NCBI GenBank assembly: GCA_963715985.1
Contig: CAVQSP010000014.1
Location: 256,001 to 320,000 of the forward strand
DNA length: 64,000 bases
Reading direction: 5' to 3'
Source of the DNA: an uncultured Thermoleophilia bacterium
GTDB lineage: Bacteria; Actinomycetota; Thermoleophilia; UBA2241
Shown here: positions 1 to 11,568 of the stretch, one piece after another
Layout of the letters: each line of letters opens with the position of its first letter
Numbering within the stretch: the stretch's first letter is position 1
Made by a program: the position numbers and the translations under genes
Notes under the pieces: generated by a model
What the model was told of the DNA's origin: nothing
Seen by the model: the letters and a program-made list of their open reading frames with translations, nothing else
The model's database searches: none

Positions 1-579
1 CAGCCGGCCCTGTTCGCCTACGCCGGCGGTCGCTGGTACGTGGTCGCCGCCGACGGGCGTGTGATCTGTGAGCAGGCAGTCACGAAGAAGGAGAAGAGCG
101 GCGGCGACCAGCAGGCGACCGCGACCGACGCTGGAGCCTCCGCTGCCGCCGAGACCACGGTGTCGGCACAGGCCGGCGACGGCACAGCTCTGAGCGCCAA
201 GGAGCTGCACGTCCTCGACGTGCTGCAGGCGGGCCCGGATGGGGCCACCCTCGACCTGCCGCGTATGGCCGTCGCCGGGAGTCTGAAGCCGGGCTCCGCG
301 GTCGCGGATGCGGGTGTGCACGACGCGCTCGCCGTGATCGCCGGCCTGCCTTCCTCGCTGCGCGGAGACGTGGCCGTGGCCGAGGCGTCCGGCGACTCGC
401 AGCTGACGCTGCGGTTCGCCGGAGGTCCCCTCGTGGTGTGGGGCGACCCTTCGCGCTCCCAGGCCAAGACACTGGCGTTGCGCGCGGTGCTGTCGCGCTA
501 CCGGGAGGCCGGCAAGACATGCACCTTCGCAGACATCTCGGTGCCCGACCGGGTGCTTGCCCGCCCCGTCCTGAAGTGA
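1..579 (+). CDS. ftsQ: Cell division protein FtsQ/DivIB, C-terminal part (truncated at window start)
   Basis: Lies directly upstream of ftsZ; C-terminus VVWGD..SQAK...ADISVPDRV resembles the FtsQ end motif (WG...K...D.S.P). Confidence 0.8.
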   Translation, partial: QPALFAYAGGRWYVVAADGRVICEQAVTKKEKSGGDQQATATDAGASAAAETTVSAQAGDGTALSAKELHVLDVLQAGPDGATLDLPRMAVAGSLKPGSAVADAGVHDALAVIAGLPSSLRGDVAVAEASGDSQLTLRFAGGPLVVWGDPSRSQAKTLALRAVLSRYREAGKTCTFADISVPDRVLARPVLK

Positions 580-593
580 TGGTGGAGCCTCTG

Positions 594-617
594 CTCAACC
601 TGTGCTTGAGGGTGGAG
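594..617. promoter_or_regulatory. Candidate regulator box upstream of ftsZ (copy 1)
   Basis: Imperfect palindrome CTCAACC-N10-GGTGGAG; 594-613 matches 777-796 at 16/20 positions. Confidence 0.5.
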
Positions 618-644
618 GTAGGCGTGACTGGCGGGCGCCGTTGT

Positions 645-673
645 TTGACACCCCTCAGGGGCCTCAGTATGTT
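645..673 (+). promoter_or_regulatory. Sigma70-type promoter for ftsZ
   Basis: TTGACA (645-650) - 17 nt - TATGTT (668-673). Confidence 0.7.
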
Positions 674-776
674 AACTCCAAGGCTGGAATGCCGGGATCC
701 GGCATGTCCGAATGCGCCTGAGAATCGCTGCAAATCACGCGTTTCAGTGATTGTTGAGTGGGGGCGGGCAGCGGCC

Positions 777-796
777 CTCTACCAGTACATGAGGGT
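777..796. promoter_or_regulatory. Candidate regulator box upstream of ftsZ (copy 2)
   Basis: CTCTACCAGTACATGAGGGT versus CTCAACCTGTGCTTGAGGGT at 594. Confidence 0.45.
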
Positions 797-847
797 CCGC
801 CGGCGACCGCGATGGCGAGCTTCGACCGCCACAGGAGGGTCAGCATC

Positions 848-1936
848 ATGATCGACGCTTCAGCGAACTACCTCGCCGTCATCAAGGTCGTGGGTGTAGG
901 CGGTGGCGGCACCAACGCCGTGAACCGCATGGTCGACGCCGGCCTGCGGGGGGTGGAGTTCATCGCCGTCAACACCGACGCCCAGGCGCTGCAGATGTGC
1001 GATGCGGACGTCAAGATCCACATCGGCAGCAAGATCACCCGTGGTCTCGGTGCCGGCGCGAACCCGGAGATCGGCTACCAGGCCGCGATGGAGAGCAAGG
1101 ACGAGCTGCGCGACGCCATCAAGGGCGCCGACATGGTGTTCGTGACCGCCGGCAAGGGCGGCGGCACCGGCACGGGGGCCGCCCCCGTCATCGCGGAACT
1201 CGCGAAGGAGCTCTCGGCGCTCACCGTCGGCGTCGTGACGCGGCCGTTCGCCTTCGAGGGCAAGCGCCGCGCCCGCCAGGCCTCGGACGGCATCCAGAGC
1301 CTGCGCGACAAGGTCGACACGCTGATCGTCATACCGAACGACCGGCTCTTGCAGGTGGTCGAGCGGCGCACCTCCGTCATCGAGGCGTTCAAGGTCGCCG
1401 ACGACGTGCTGCGCCAGGGCGTGCAGGGCATCACCGACCTCATCACGGTGCCCGGCCTTATCAACCTCGATTTCGCCGACGTGCGCACGATCATGAAGGA
1501 CGCCGGGTCGGCGCTCATGGGCATCGGTGTGGCCGGCGGCGAGAATCGCGCCGTCGAGGCGGCGCGGGCGGCCGTGAGCTCGCCGCTTCTCGAGGCCAGC
1601 GTCGAGGGCGCGCGCGGGATCCTGCTCAACATCACGGGTGGTGGCGACCTGGGCCTCTTCGAGATCAACGAGGCGGCCGAGATCATCTCCAGCGCCGCCG
1701 ACGCCGACTGCAACATCATCTTCGGCGCCGTCATCGACCCCACGCTGGGCGACGAGGTGCGCGTGACCGTGATCGCCACGGGCTTCGACCGCGAGGTGGC
1801 GGAGGAGAAGGCCGCGGCACGCGAGGTGGCCGAAAAGGAGCCCAAGGGCACACCGCTGTTCGCGGAGGAGCGTCGGCCGTCGTTCGACGTGAGTGACGAC
1901 GTGCTCGACATCCCGAGCTTCCTGCGGGACCGCTGA
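848..1936 (+). CDS. ftsZ: Cell division protein FtsZ
   Basis: [17 protein letters not shown] tubulin signature, C-terminal LDIPSFLR; AGGAGG RBS before ATG 848. Confidence 0.99.
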   Translation: MIDASANYLAVIKVVGVGGGGTNAVNRMVDAGLRGVEFIAVNTDAQALQMCDADVKIHIGSKITRGLGAGANPEIGYQAAMESKDELRDAIKGADMVFVTAGKGGGTGTGAAPVIAELAKELSALTVGVVTRPFAFEGKRRARQASDGIQSLRDKVDTLIVIPNDRLLQVVERRTSVIEAFKVADDVLRQGVQGITDLITVPGLINLDFADVRTIMKDAGSALMGIGVAGGENRAVEAARAAVSSPLLEASVEGARGILLNITGGGDLGLFEINEAAEIISSAADADCNIIFGAVIDPTLGDEVRVTVIATGFDREVAEEKAAAREVAEKEPKGTPLFAEERRPSFDVSDDVLDIPSFLRDR

Positions 1937-2100
1937 ACGCCCCGGGCGAGAGCCACGTCTCCAGGGCACTGAACCGCCGACGCACTCCCGGTCCGCTGGT
2001 CCGGACCGGGGGGCGTCGGAATGCGAGTTGCGCGCCCTCCCGTGGTCGGGTAGTCTCTACCGCCTGACGGCCCCGGTCGGTCCGCGGGCCTCGCGAACCC

Positions 2101-3792
2101 ATGAGAAAGCACAGAAACCTCATCATCCTGCTCGTCATGGCCGTTCTGGTGGCCGTCTCGGTGTGGTTCATCATCCCGCCTGGCGTCAAGACGCACCTCG
2201 GACTCGACCTGCAGGGTGGCCTCGAGATCGTCTACTCGGCCAAGACGGCCGACGGCAAAGCACCCTCCACGGCCGAGATGGACCAGACCATCGGCATCCT
2301 CGACCGCCGCGTCAACGGCCTCGGCGTGACCGAGTCCGCGATCCAGAAGCAGGGTGTGGACCAGGTCTCCGTGGCCCTCCCGGGCATCAAGGACGCCCAG
2401 CAGGCGCTCGACATCATCGGCAAGACGGCCCAGCTCGAGTTCTACAAGGACGACGCCGAGTCGCGCCCCGTGGGTCCCGTGGAGTCCAAAGACGCGGCAC
2501 TCAAGGAGCTCAAGAGCCAGGGCGTCTCGCAGACGGAGATCGATCAGCTCTCCGCCGAGGGCACCACGGACGACTACGCCCTCGTCAGCCGGCCGGCCGA
2601 CTCCGCCGCCGGAACGCCCGAGCAATGGTACGTGTACACGCGTCCGCCGGCGCTCACGGGCGACGCCATCTCCGGCGCTCGTGCCGGCTTCAGCGGCAAT
2701 AACAACAAGCCCAACGTACTCATCGACTTCACCGCGGAGGGCAGCAAGAAGTTCCAGGAGATCACGCGCGAGCTGTACCGCACGGGTCTGCTGAAGAACG
2801 AGCCCCAGACGTTCGCCATCGTGCTGGACAACCAGATGGAGTCGGACCCGTACATCGACTACAACGACCCGAACCTGCGTGACGGCATCAGCGGTGGCGC
2901 CGAGATCAGCGGCGGCAACATGACGGTCAAAGAGTCGCAGAACCTCGCCTTCGTACTCAAGACCGGCGCCCTGCCCGTCAAGCTCGAGCCCACGTACCAG
3001 CAGCAGGTCTCGGCCACGCTGGGCAAAGACTCGCTCAACCAGGGCCTCATCGCCGCGCTCGCCGGTCTGGGCATCGTGCTCATCTACATGTTGGTGTACT
3101 ACCGCTTCCTGGGCCTGGTCGCGGACCTCGCGCTCATCGTGTACGGCATCCTGCTCTGGGGCCTCTTCAACGCCATCCCCGTCACGCTCACGCTGCCCGG
3201 CATCGCCGGCATGATCCTCACCATCGGTGTGGCGGCCGACGCCAACGTCGTCATCTTCGAGCGCATCAAGGAAGAGGTTCGCCGTGGCAAGACGGTGCGT
3301 TCCGCCGTCAACTCCGGGTATGCGCGCGGCTTCAAGACCATCCTCGACGCCAACATCCTGACGATGCTCACGGCCGCCGTGATCTTCGTTTTCGCCACGG
3401 CTTCCCCCAAGGGCTTCGCCCTCACGCTCATCCTCGGCGTGCTCGTCAGTATGCTCACCGCCGTGCTCTTCACGCGCGCCATGCTCGGTGTGCTGGCCGG
3501 CTTCGCCTTCTTCAACAGGCCCTCGTTCATGGGCGTGCGTGCCAGCTCGATCGAGGCCGAGGTCGCGGCCGAGACCCGGTCGGCCGCCTCGCGCCGGCGC
3601 CGCAGCACAGCCGCCGTCGCGACGGCCGGGGCCACCACCTCGGCCACGTCGAGCGCCACCGGCGCCGTGACGGACGCCGCCGGCGCCGCCGTGGTGGAGA
3701 CCACCGCCGCAGCCGCCGATGCGCAGCCTGCGCCGGCCAGCGGCGGGCGCCGTCCGAGTACCTCCCGCAAGAAGAAGAGAAAGCGGAGATAG
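2101..3792 (+). CDS. secD: Protein translocase subunit SecD
   Basis: LGLDLQGG, RVNGLGVTE, LTLPGIAG..LTIG.AADANV.IFERIKEE; Ala/Thr-rich tail ending in basic residues. Confidence 0.97.
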   Translation: MRKHRNLIILLVMAVLVAVSVWFIIPPGVKTHLGLDLQGGLEIVYSAKTADGKAPSTAEMDQTIGILDRRVNGLGVTESAIQKQGVDQVSVALPGIKDAQQALDIIGKTAQLEFYKDDAESRPVGPVESKDAALKELKSQGVSQTEIDQLSAEGTTDDYALVSRPADSAAGTPEQWYVYTRPPALTGDAISGARAGFSGNNNKPNVLIDFTAEGSKKFQEITRELYRTGLLKNEPQTFAIVLDNQMESDPYIDYNDPNLRDGISGGAEISGGNMTVKESQNLAFVLKTGALPVKLEPTYQQQVSATLGKDSLNQGLIAALAGLGIVLIYMLVYYRFLGLVADLALIVYGILLWGLFNAIPVTLTLPGIAGMILTIGVAADANVVIFERIKEEVRRGKTVRSAVNSGYARGFKTILDANILTMLTAAVIFVFATASPKGFALTLILGVLVSMLTAVLFTRAMLGVLAGFAFFNRPSFMGVRASSIEAEVAAETRSAASRRRRSTAAVATAGATTSATSSATGAVTDAAGAAVVETTAAAADAQPAPASGGRRPSTSRKKKRKRR

Positions 3793-3796
3793 GGCC

Positions 3797-4765
3797 GTGA
3801 ACTTCATCCGCAGCATCTACAGCTTCGACTACATGGGCCATAAGAAATGGTGGTTCACGATCTCCGCGATCATCATCATGGCCGGTCTCGTCAGCCTGTT
3901 CGTCAAGGGCGGGGGCAACCCGATCCAGGGTCTCAACTACGGCCTCGAGTTCAAGGAAGGCACGCGCATCAACTTGGGCTTCGTCGAGCAGCCGACGCTG
4001 GCCGAAGTGCGCACCGTGGTATCGAAAGCCGGCTACCCGGACGCGCAGCTGCAGGAGACGCCCAACGTGGCGGGCTCGCAGCAGGCCGGCTTCCAGATCC
4101 AGACCGAGACGCTCACGCCCAGGGAGCAGGGCGACCTCAAGGCGGCCCTCAACGAGGCCTTCACCATCGCCGAGTCCAACGGCACGGAGATCTACAGCTT
4201 GGAGACGGTGGGAGCCACCTTCGGGCGCCAGGTGGTGAGCTCGTCCATCAAGGCGGTGGGCATCGCCCTGCTGCTGATCCTGATCTACGTGACCTTCCGC
4301 TTCCAGTGGAAGTTCGCCGTCGGCGCCATCGTCGCCGAGATCCACGACCTGCTCGTGGTGGTCGGCATCTACTCGCTCACCGGGCGGGAGGTCACCACAG
4401 CGACCATCGCCGCGGTGCTCACAATCCTGGGGTACTCGCTCTACGACACGGTCATCGTGTTCGACCGCATCCGCGAGAACCAGCCCAAGCTCAGCCGCAT
4501 CCCATACGGCGACATGGTCAACGTCTCGATCTGGGAGACCCTGACGCGCTCCATCAACACGACGATGATCGTGCTGCTGCCGGTGCTCTGCCTGCTCTTC
4601 TTCGGCGGGGCCACGCTCAAGGACTTCGCCTTCGCGCTGCTCGTGGGCATCCTCTCCGGCGCTTTCTCCTCCATCTTCGTGGCCAGCCCCATCGTGACGC
4701 TTCTCAGGGAACGCGAGCCTCAGTACAAGAAGATGAAGCTCGCCGCTCGCGCCGACGAGAGCTGA
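3797..4765 (+). CDS. secF: Protein translocase subunit SecF
   Basis: GLEFKEG, LTILGYSLYDTVIVFDRIRE, TLTRSINT; follows secD. Confidence 0.96.
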   Translation: MNFIRSIYSFDYMGHKKWWFTISAIIIMAGLVSLFVKGGGNPIQGLNYGLEFKEGTRINLGFVEQPTLAEVRTVVSKAGYPDAQLQETPNVAGSQQAGFQIQTETLTPREQGDLKAALNEAFTIAESNGTEIYSLETVGATFGRQVVSSSIKAVGIALLLILIYVTFRFQWKFAVGAIVAEIHDLLVVVGIYSLTGREVTTATIAAVLTILGYSLYDTVIVFDRIRENQPKLSRIPYGDMVNVSIWETLTRSINTTMIVLLPVLCLLFFGGATLKDFAFALLVGILSGAFSSIFVASPIVTLLREREPQYKKMKLAARADES

Positions 4766-4805
4766 GGCTGTGCCCGCCGGCGCCTTCGCCGGCGCCGGCG
4801 CTCCA

Positions 4806-4979
4806 CGCGAGGCGACGCTCCACCGGAGCCTCAATCTGTCTCGATCGTCGCTTGAGGCTTGGGTGCCTCCCGGGTCCGTCCTCAAGCTGCCGCAGAGACT
4901 CACGCGGGAACCTCTCAAACCTCTCGTCGTTCGCCTTTACTTCGCTGCCGCTCTCATCTAGCGTCGCGCCGCGAGTCTC
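4806..4979. ncRNA. Candidate structured RNA (6S/Ms1-like or cis switch; unverified)
   Basis: Outer stem 4806-4819/4960-4973; inner perfect 8-bp stems 4827-4834/4852-4859 and alternative 4850-4857/4880-4887; stem 4896-4908/4969-4979; no convincing ORF. Confidence 0.3.
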
Positions 4980-5059
4980 GCTGGGGACGGGGGTCTGCGC
5001 CTGACTCGCAGGCAGGTGCCGCGTGCGGGCCGGCCGCGAAGAAGACGGGGAGGCGCACG

Positions 5060-5506
5060 ATGGCGGCACGTCGGTCAGGCTACACGAGCGTGACGGCGAG
5101 GCGAGGCTCGCGGCTGCGGCTGCGGGACGCGGCGGATGCGGGAGCGCCGCCGGTCCTTGAGCTCTCCGGTGACTTCGACCTCGACACGGTGCCCGAGATC
5201 GACCGCTTTCTGCGCCGCCGCCTCGGCCCCCTGTACCATCGCGAGCACCTGGTGATCGACCTCTCCGCGACCACGTTCGTGGACTCGAGCTTCGTCGCCT
5301 TCGTGGTGAGGCTCCTCAAGGATCTGCGCGCGGGTCGCAAGGAACTCATCCTCGTGAGTCCCGCGGGTCAGGTGCGCAGGGTCCTGGCCCTGGTCGGCCT
5401 GCCCAACCTGGTGCCTGTGTTCGAGTCGGTCCAGGAGGCCCTGGCCGCGCTGACGACGGGACGCCTGCCCATCATCCCGCCGGCGTTCGAGGCCATGCGG
5501 TACTAG
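5060..5506 (+). CDS. STAS-domain anti-sigma-factor antagonist
   Basis: LSGDFDL, LVIDLSATTFVDSS (phosphorylatable Ser), VRRVLALVGL; GGAGG RBS. Confidence 0.88.
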   Translation: MAARRSGYTSVTARRGSRLRLRDAADAGAPPVLELSGDFDLDTVPEIDRFLRRRLGPLYHREHLVIDLSATTFVDSSFVAFVVRLLKDLRAGRKELILVSPAGQVRRVLALVGLPNLVPVFESVQEALAALTTGRLPIIPPAFEAMRY

Positions 5507-5585
5507 GAGAGCGCAGGCCCGGGTCCGAGCAGCGATGCGCGCCCTCCGGCAGGCGGGCGTGTGGGCGGGGTGCGCGGCGCCGGCG

Positions 5586-5909
5586 TCAGCTGGCGCGCCG
5601 CGCGGCGCTGATGTCACCCATGCGCCGGGCGGTCATCACGCGAGCCTGGAAGGCCCTCATGCGACAGGCGTCGCTGCAGTACTTCTTGGCGGGGTTGGTG
5701 GTGACGAACTCGCGATCACACGGCCCGTAGGCGCAGCGCCGTGCGATCTCTTCGCGCCGTGCCGACTTGCGCGCGCTCTGATGGTAGTCCTCCTGCCAGG
5801 CGCCCCCATGCAAGGCACACACGCTCGACGGGTTGTACGCCGACAGACGGGTACCACACCCCTCCACGATGCAGATCCGCCCACTTCCGTATGTTCTGGT
5901 CTTGAGCAT
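5586..5909 (-). CDS. Small two-zinc-finger protein (C-terminal finger CGNR-like)
   Basis: CIVEGC...CALH and CAYGPC...YCSDACRMRAFQAR; GAGG before ATG. Confidence 0.7.
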   Translation of the reverse strand: MLKTRTYGSGRICIVEGCGTRLSAYNPSSVCALHGGAWQEDYHQSARKSARREEIARRCAYGPCDREFVTTNPAKKYCSDACRMRAFQARVMTARRMGDISAARRAS

Positions 5910-6034
5910 GTCCTCGGCCGTTCAGCGAAGTCGCCTTCCGTGCCAGACCGGAAAGACGCTTCGACGGTCCGCGGCATGCGTCCGGGCCTCTCGGGCGCAC
6001 GCCCCCGTGTGGTGGCGTCAGGTCGGCGCCCGAC

Positions 6035-6394
6035 TTACGGCACCGTGGCCTTCATGGCCTCACTCCGCGACGAGTAGATGCCGAAGATGCGGTCGAGGCC
6101 GGTGATCTCGAAGATGCGGATGATGTTCTCGTCCGTGCAGACGATGTCGAGGTTGCCGTTGCGCGGCCGCACGCGTTTGGCGCCGCTCACGAGCACGCCC
6201 AAAGCAGTGGAGTCGATGAAGGTGACCCCGGAAAGGTCGACGATGACTCTGCGCGCGCCGCCCTCGATGCCGTTCACGAGGACCTCTTTGAACTGCGGCG
6301 CGGAATAGATGTCGATCTCACCACCCAGGACCACGACACCCACTTCATCGTTGGGGGTCTCGTATGCGACGCTGAACTGCGGCCGTTCCTCCAT
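6035..6394 (-). CDS. STAS-domain anti-sigma-factor antagonist (RsbV/BldG-like)
   Basis: GGEIDIYSAPQF, VDLSGVTFIDSTALGVL, RIFEITGLD; AGGAGG RBS. Confidence 0.93.
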   Translation of the reverse strand: MEERPQFSVAYETPNDEVGVVVLGGEIDIYSAPQFKEVLVNGIEGGARRVIVDLSGVTFIDSTALGVLVSGAKRVRPRNGNLDIVCTDENIIRIFEITGLDRIFGIYSSRSEAMKATVP

Positions 6395-6461
6395 GCGCGC
6401 CTCCTCTCGTCGCCACACCGGCGGCACGCCGTACGCGGCGGCCCAAGTGCATGTCCGGTTA

Positions 6462-6488
6462 GTTTCCGCAGCGGGGGGCGGCTAAACC
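6462..6488 (-). promoter_or_regulatory. Possible SigB/SigF-type promoter of the STAS gene
   Basis: Minus strand GGTTT-N16-GGAAAC. Confidence 0.35.
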
Positions 6489-6505
6489 CGGGCCATACCG
6501 GGGGC

Positions 6506-8056
6506 TCAGGGTGGCGCTGTGGGGAGGAGGTCCTCCGAGGTGCCCTGCCCGCGCATGGCGTAGGCGGCGATCATGCGGTCGGTGATCCATTCCACCGGGG
6601 CGCGGTCGTCGGTCCAGGGTCTCGCCGCGGGCGCGGCGGCGCGCATGTCGCGGGCGAAGAGCCGGGTGTCGGGAAGCAAGGCCCGGGGGGCGCCCAGCAG
6701 GCGGGTGGCGAGGACCGCCTCAGGCTGCGGCGCGCTCAGGCCGACCACGAACTGGTTGAAGCGCAGCGCCTGCCAGGTGACGACCTGAGGGAACTCCGTG
6801 GCCAGCGTGCCTGCCACCGCGCTTGCGAGGCGGTGGTCGCCCGGCACTGTCGTGACGTTGAGCGCCACGATGCCACCGGGTGCCAGGCGCCGCCGGACGA
6901 GGCGGAAGAACTCCTGCGTGGTGAGGTAGAAGGGCACGTAGGGCTGACGGTAGGCGTCGATGAGGATGAGGTCGTAGCGCGCGTCCGTCGTCCTCAGATA
7001 GGGGCGAGCGTCGGCCGTGTGCACGGTGAGCCGGGGGTTGTCGCCGAGCCCGAACCAGCGGCGCCCGGCGGCCGTCACGGCGGGGTCGATCTCGACACCG
7101 TCGATGTGCGCCTCCGGGTAGTACACGCCGAAGGCGCGGGCGGTGGTGCCACCGGCGTTGCCGAGGATCGCCACGCGGGCGGCCGGGCGCCCGAGGAGCG
7201 GCGGGGCGGTGAGGAACATGTCCCACTCGCCCCCGGTGAGCACGGTGTCGGCGCGCCACATAGAGTGGACGGCGAGGCCCTCGTTGAGGTAGAGCAGACG
7301 CTCGGGCCCGTTCTGCACCACCTGGATGAACTGGTAGCGGGACTCCTCTTCGTGAATGAGCCCCGGTGCGGCCTTGACCACGCCGGGCGGCACCGCCAGC
7401 AGGCCGCCGATGACCGCGGCCACGATCAGCCCGGGCACGAGACGCCGGCCGAGCAGCGGCAGGGCGGCGACGGCAATGATGAGGGCGGCGCACAGCATGG
7501 TGCGCTGCGTGCCGATGAGCGGGATGGTGACGAGCGCGGGGAGAAAGGTGCCCAGGATGCTCCCCGCCGTCGAGAGCGCGAAGATGCGGCCGGCCACGCG
7601 ACCGGCGTCGTCGACGCCGGTCGCCGCCAGCCGCACGGCGAAGGGCGTCACCATGCCGAGCAGGATGACCGGCGGCGCGAACAGCAGCAGCGACGCCGCG
7701 AAGGAACCGACCACGGCGCCCGTGGACAGGGTGTCCAGGCCGCGGACCGAGAGGTCGAGGAAGGGCCGGGCCACGAAGGGGATCGCGGCCACCAGCGCGG
7801 CCGCGACGAGGACGATGGTCGCGAGCAGCGGGGCTGAGGGGCGGCGGTCCGCCCAGCGGCCGCCCAGCCAGTAGCCGAGCGACAGCGACACCAGGATGAG
7901 GCCGATCACGTTGGCCCACACCGCCGTCGACGAGCCGTAGTACGGCGCCAGCAGACGCGAGGCGCAGATCTCGGTGGCCATGGAGCCGATGCCCGCGAAG
8001 AAGACGAGGGCGGTGAGGGCGCGGCGGCGCGGCGGGGATGCGTGTGCGTCGGTCAC
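6506..8056 (-). CDS. Fused membrane domain / spermidine-synthase-like SAM-fold protein
   Basis: About 7 N-terminal TM segments, then EESRYQFIQV, ILGNAGG, VEIDP, DARPYL, YDLILIDAY, WTDDRAPVE. Confidence 0.85.
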   Translation of the reverse strand: MTDAHASPPRRRALTALVFFAGIGSMATEICASRLLAPYYGSSTAVWANVIGLILVSLSLGYWLGGRWADRRPSAPLLATIVLVAAALVAAIPFVARPFLDLSVRGLDTLSTGAVVGSFAASLLLFAPPVILLGMVTPFAVRLAATGVDDAGRVAGRIFALSTAGSILGTFLPALVTIPLIGTQRTMLCAALIIAVAALPLLGRRLVPGLIVAAVIGGLLAVPPGVVKAAPGLIHEEESRYQFIQVVQNGPERLLYLNEGLAVHSMWRADTVLTGGEWDMFLTAPPLLGRPAARVAILGNAGGTTARAFGVYYPEAHIDGVEIDPAVTAAGRRWFGLGDNPRLTVHTADARPYLRTTDARYDLILIDAYRQPYVPFYLTTQEFFRLVRRRLAPGGIVALNVTTVPGDHRLASAVAGTLATEFPQVVTWQALRFNQFVVGLSAPQPEAVLATRLLGAPRALLPDTRLFARDMRAAAPAARPWTDDRAPVEWITDRMIAAYAMRGQGTSEDLLPTAPP

Positions 8057-8130
8057 GGGGTGACAGTGTACCGGACGGCCGGGGCGGGCGGCGCGCTGCG
8101 GCGGTCAGGTGCGCGGCGAAGGGAAGAAAC

Positions 8131-8206
8131 TGGTGGAGGTAAGCGGGCTCGAACCGCTGACCTTCTGGCTGCCAGCCAGACGCTCTCCCAGCTGAGCTAT
8201 ACCCCC
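8131..8206 (-). tRNA. tRNA-Ala (GGC)
   Basis: GGGGGTATAGCTCAGCTGGGAGAGCG...CT-GGC-AG...GGTTCGAGCCC...TACCTCCACCA; G3:U70 pair; encoded CCA. Confidence 0.97.
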
Positions 8207-8302
8207 ACCGAGGGGCGCCGGACGACTCCGGCGGCAACGAAGTATACCCAGAGCCCGGGGGTGTCGCAACTCGGCGGGCGAGGCCGGCGCGTGCACGCGA
8301 CC

Positions 8303-8361
8303 GCCGCGCTCGCGGCGGGGTCGGCGCGTACGCCATGCCGCGCTCGCGGCGGGGTCGGCGC
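8303..8361. repeat. 25-bp exact direct repeat, two copies, between tRNA-Ala and leuS
   Basis: GCCGCGCTCGCGGCGGGGTCGGCGC at 8303-8327 and 8337-8361. Confidence 0.8.
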
Positions 8362-8448
8362 CGGCGACGCTCATGTACAATCAGGCGCTGAGCGCCGGCG
8401 CCCGGCAGAGCCGCCGGCGCGTCGCCGACCGCCGCCCGAAAGGACCGT

Positions 8449-10926
<2,478 letters not shown>

Positions 10927-10963
10927 AGTCCGGCGGCGCCCGGCCGCGCCCGGCCGCGCCCGT

Positions 10964-11389
10964 CTAGCCCAGCGCGGCCTTGAGCGTCTCGATCGCCGCG
11001 GCTTCGTCCGGCCCCACGCCCTTGGCGGCTTCCGCGGTCGCCTGCGCGATGCCGAGGATGAAGCTCTTGAAGGCATCGAGGTCGTCCGGGGACTTGGCGG
11101 CGACCAGCGCCGCGGCCTCGCGCACCCGGGTACTTACTTCGCCGGCCATGTCGGCCATGTCGTGGGTGACCGTCTTGTCGTGACCGATCTTGACGTCGGC
11201 GGCCAGGTCGTGGACGAGCGGGCTCTGCGTGCTCGCCTTGGCCTTCGCCATGAACTTCGCGGCCGCGCTGGCCTCCTTGAACGTGTCCCAGAACCCGTGG
11301 TCGGCCACCGCCAGGTAGGCCATCGTGTCGGTCACCGCCCACTGCAGCGTGTGCCACTCGTCGCCGGTGAACATCGCTTTGCTCGTCAT
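10964..11389 (-). CDS. Hypothetical helical protein
   Basis: GGAGG RBS, GC3-biased ORF, C-terminal AEAAKGVGPDEAAAIE. Confidence 0.7.
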   Translation of the reverse strand: MTSKAMFTGDEWHTLQWAVTDTMAYLAVADHGFWDTFKEASAAAKFMAKAKASTQSPLVHDLAADVKIGHDKTVTHDMADMAGEVSTRVREAAALVAAKSPDDLDAFKSFILGIAQATAEAAKGVGPDEAAAIETLKAALG

Positions 11390-11568
11390 CGTGCCTCCCG
11401 GGATCCAGGTCGTCATTGTGCCGTTGCCCGACGATACCCGACTCCACGTCACCCCGTGAAATCGCCCCTCCGGGGCGATGCGCGGCGCGCGCACCCTCCG
11501 TAGTCTCCGTCTGGACGGACGCCGGACACGTCTCCGCCGTCCGGCACGCCCCAGACCCGGAGGTCGCC

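Noticed and set aside
8210-8448. T-box riboswitch upstream of leuS
   Set aside because: No GGTGGNACCGCG T-box consensus, and only about 70 nt between the -10 box and the start
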